Assembly: GCA_040954595.2 (NCBI GenBank)
Contig: CM082576.2
Location: forward strand, 19,329,028 to 19,393,027
Length of the DNA stretch: 64,000 nucleotides
Origin: Balanoglossus misakiensis
Lineage: Eukaryota; Animalia; Hemichordata
Direction of reading: 5' to 3'
In this document: piece by piece, positions 63,001 through 64,000 of the stretch
How the letters are laid out: every line of letters begins with the position of its first letter
Position numbering within the stretch: position 1 is the stretch's first letter
Notes under the pieces: model-generated
The model's input: only the letters and a program-made list of their open reading frames with translations
What the model was told of the DNA's origin: nothing
Databases searched by the model: none
Program-made: the position numbers and the translations under genes

Positions 63001-64000
63001 CAAAAAATGACACATTTTCGTCGACTTTGCAAAATCTCAAAATTTCGTCGATTGTTGAAAAAAATCATGGGGGAAAATCATGAAAAAATGACAAATTTTC
63101 GACTTTGCAAAATCTCAAAATTTCGTCAATTTTGAATAAAAATCATGGGTGAAAATCATCAAAAAATGACAAATTTTCGACTTTGCAAAATCTCACAATT
63201 TCTTCGATTTTTGAAAAAAAATCATGGGTGAAAATGCACCAAAAAATGAGAAATTTTCGACTTTGCAAAATCTCAAAATTTCGTCAATTTTGAAAAAAAT
63301 CATGGGTGAAAATCATCAAAAAATGACAAATTTTCGACTTTGCAAAATCTCAAAATTTCGTCGATTTTTGAAAAAAATCATGGGTGAAAATCATCAAAAA
63401 AATGACAAATTTTCGACTTTGCAAAATCTCAAAATTTCGTCAATTTTGAATAAAAATCATGGGTGAAAATCATCAAAAAATGACAAATTTTCGACTTTGC
63501 AAAATCTCACAATTTCTTCGATTTTTGAAAAAAAATCATGGGTGAAAATGCACCAAAAAATGAGAAATTTTCGACTTTGCAAAATCTCAAAATTTCGTCA
63601 ATTTTGAAAAAAATCATGGGTGAAAATCATCAAAAAATGACAAATTTTCGACTTTGCAAAATCTCAAAATTTCGTCGATTTTTGAAAAAAATCATGGGTG
63701 AAAATCATCAAAAAAATGACAAATTTTCGACTTTGCAAAATCACAAAATTTCGTCGATTTTTTAAAAAAAAACATGGGTGAAAATCATCAAAAAATGACA
63801 AATTTAAAAAAAAAACGGGTGAAAATCATCAAAAAATGACACATTTACGACTTTGCAAAATCTCAAAATTTCGTCGATTTTTGAAAAAAAATCATGGGTG
63901 AAAATCATCAAAAAATGACAAATTTTCGTCTTTGCAAAATCTCAAAATTTCGTCCATTTTTGAAAAAAAATCATGGGTAAAAATCATCAAAAATGACAAA
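48092..64000. repeat. AT-rich satellite array, ~78-bp monomer with ~42-bp deletion variants, at least 15.9 kb
   Basis: Monomer AAAAAAATCATGGGTGAAAATCATCAAAAAATGACAAATTTTCGACTTTGCAAAATCTCAAAATTTCGTCGATTTTTG; the 26-aa periodicity of the spurious ORFs matches 78 bp. Confidence 0.98.

Noticed and set aside
48058-63765. Many K/F-rich ORFs (MGENHQKMTNFRLCKISKF)
   Set aside because: Translations of the 78-bp satellite.

Overview
Eukaryotic, intron-containing, repeat-dense DNA with no ordinary host gene; the repeat landscape suggests a marine invertebrate (inference). 1-19 kb is a nest of non-autonomous DNA elements (foldback arms, MITEs, TTAA elements, a Helentron-like element carrying L2 and RTEX LINE fragments) plus a decayed hAT transposase. 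The centrepiece is a 19,853-bp DNA transposon (19000-38852) with 25-bp perfect TIRs, a GGCA (or TGGCAA) target-site duplication and two inverted subterminal arrays of a 44-bp unit. It carries two divergent, apparently intact 10+-exon genes. One is an 827-aa Sola-like DDD transposase with a Tudor/SH3-like tail. The other is a passenger protein whose spliced product reads as a ParB/Srx-like domain fused to a degenerate beta-class N4/N6 DNA-methyltransferase fold, a phage/bacterial architecture. Next comes a complete, very young Gypsy LTR retrotransposon (39710-47814) with a chromodomain integrase and a truncated env-like ORF3, then a 78-bp satellite array running off the window end. All alignments, exon joins and domain calls were made by eye; no database searches were run.
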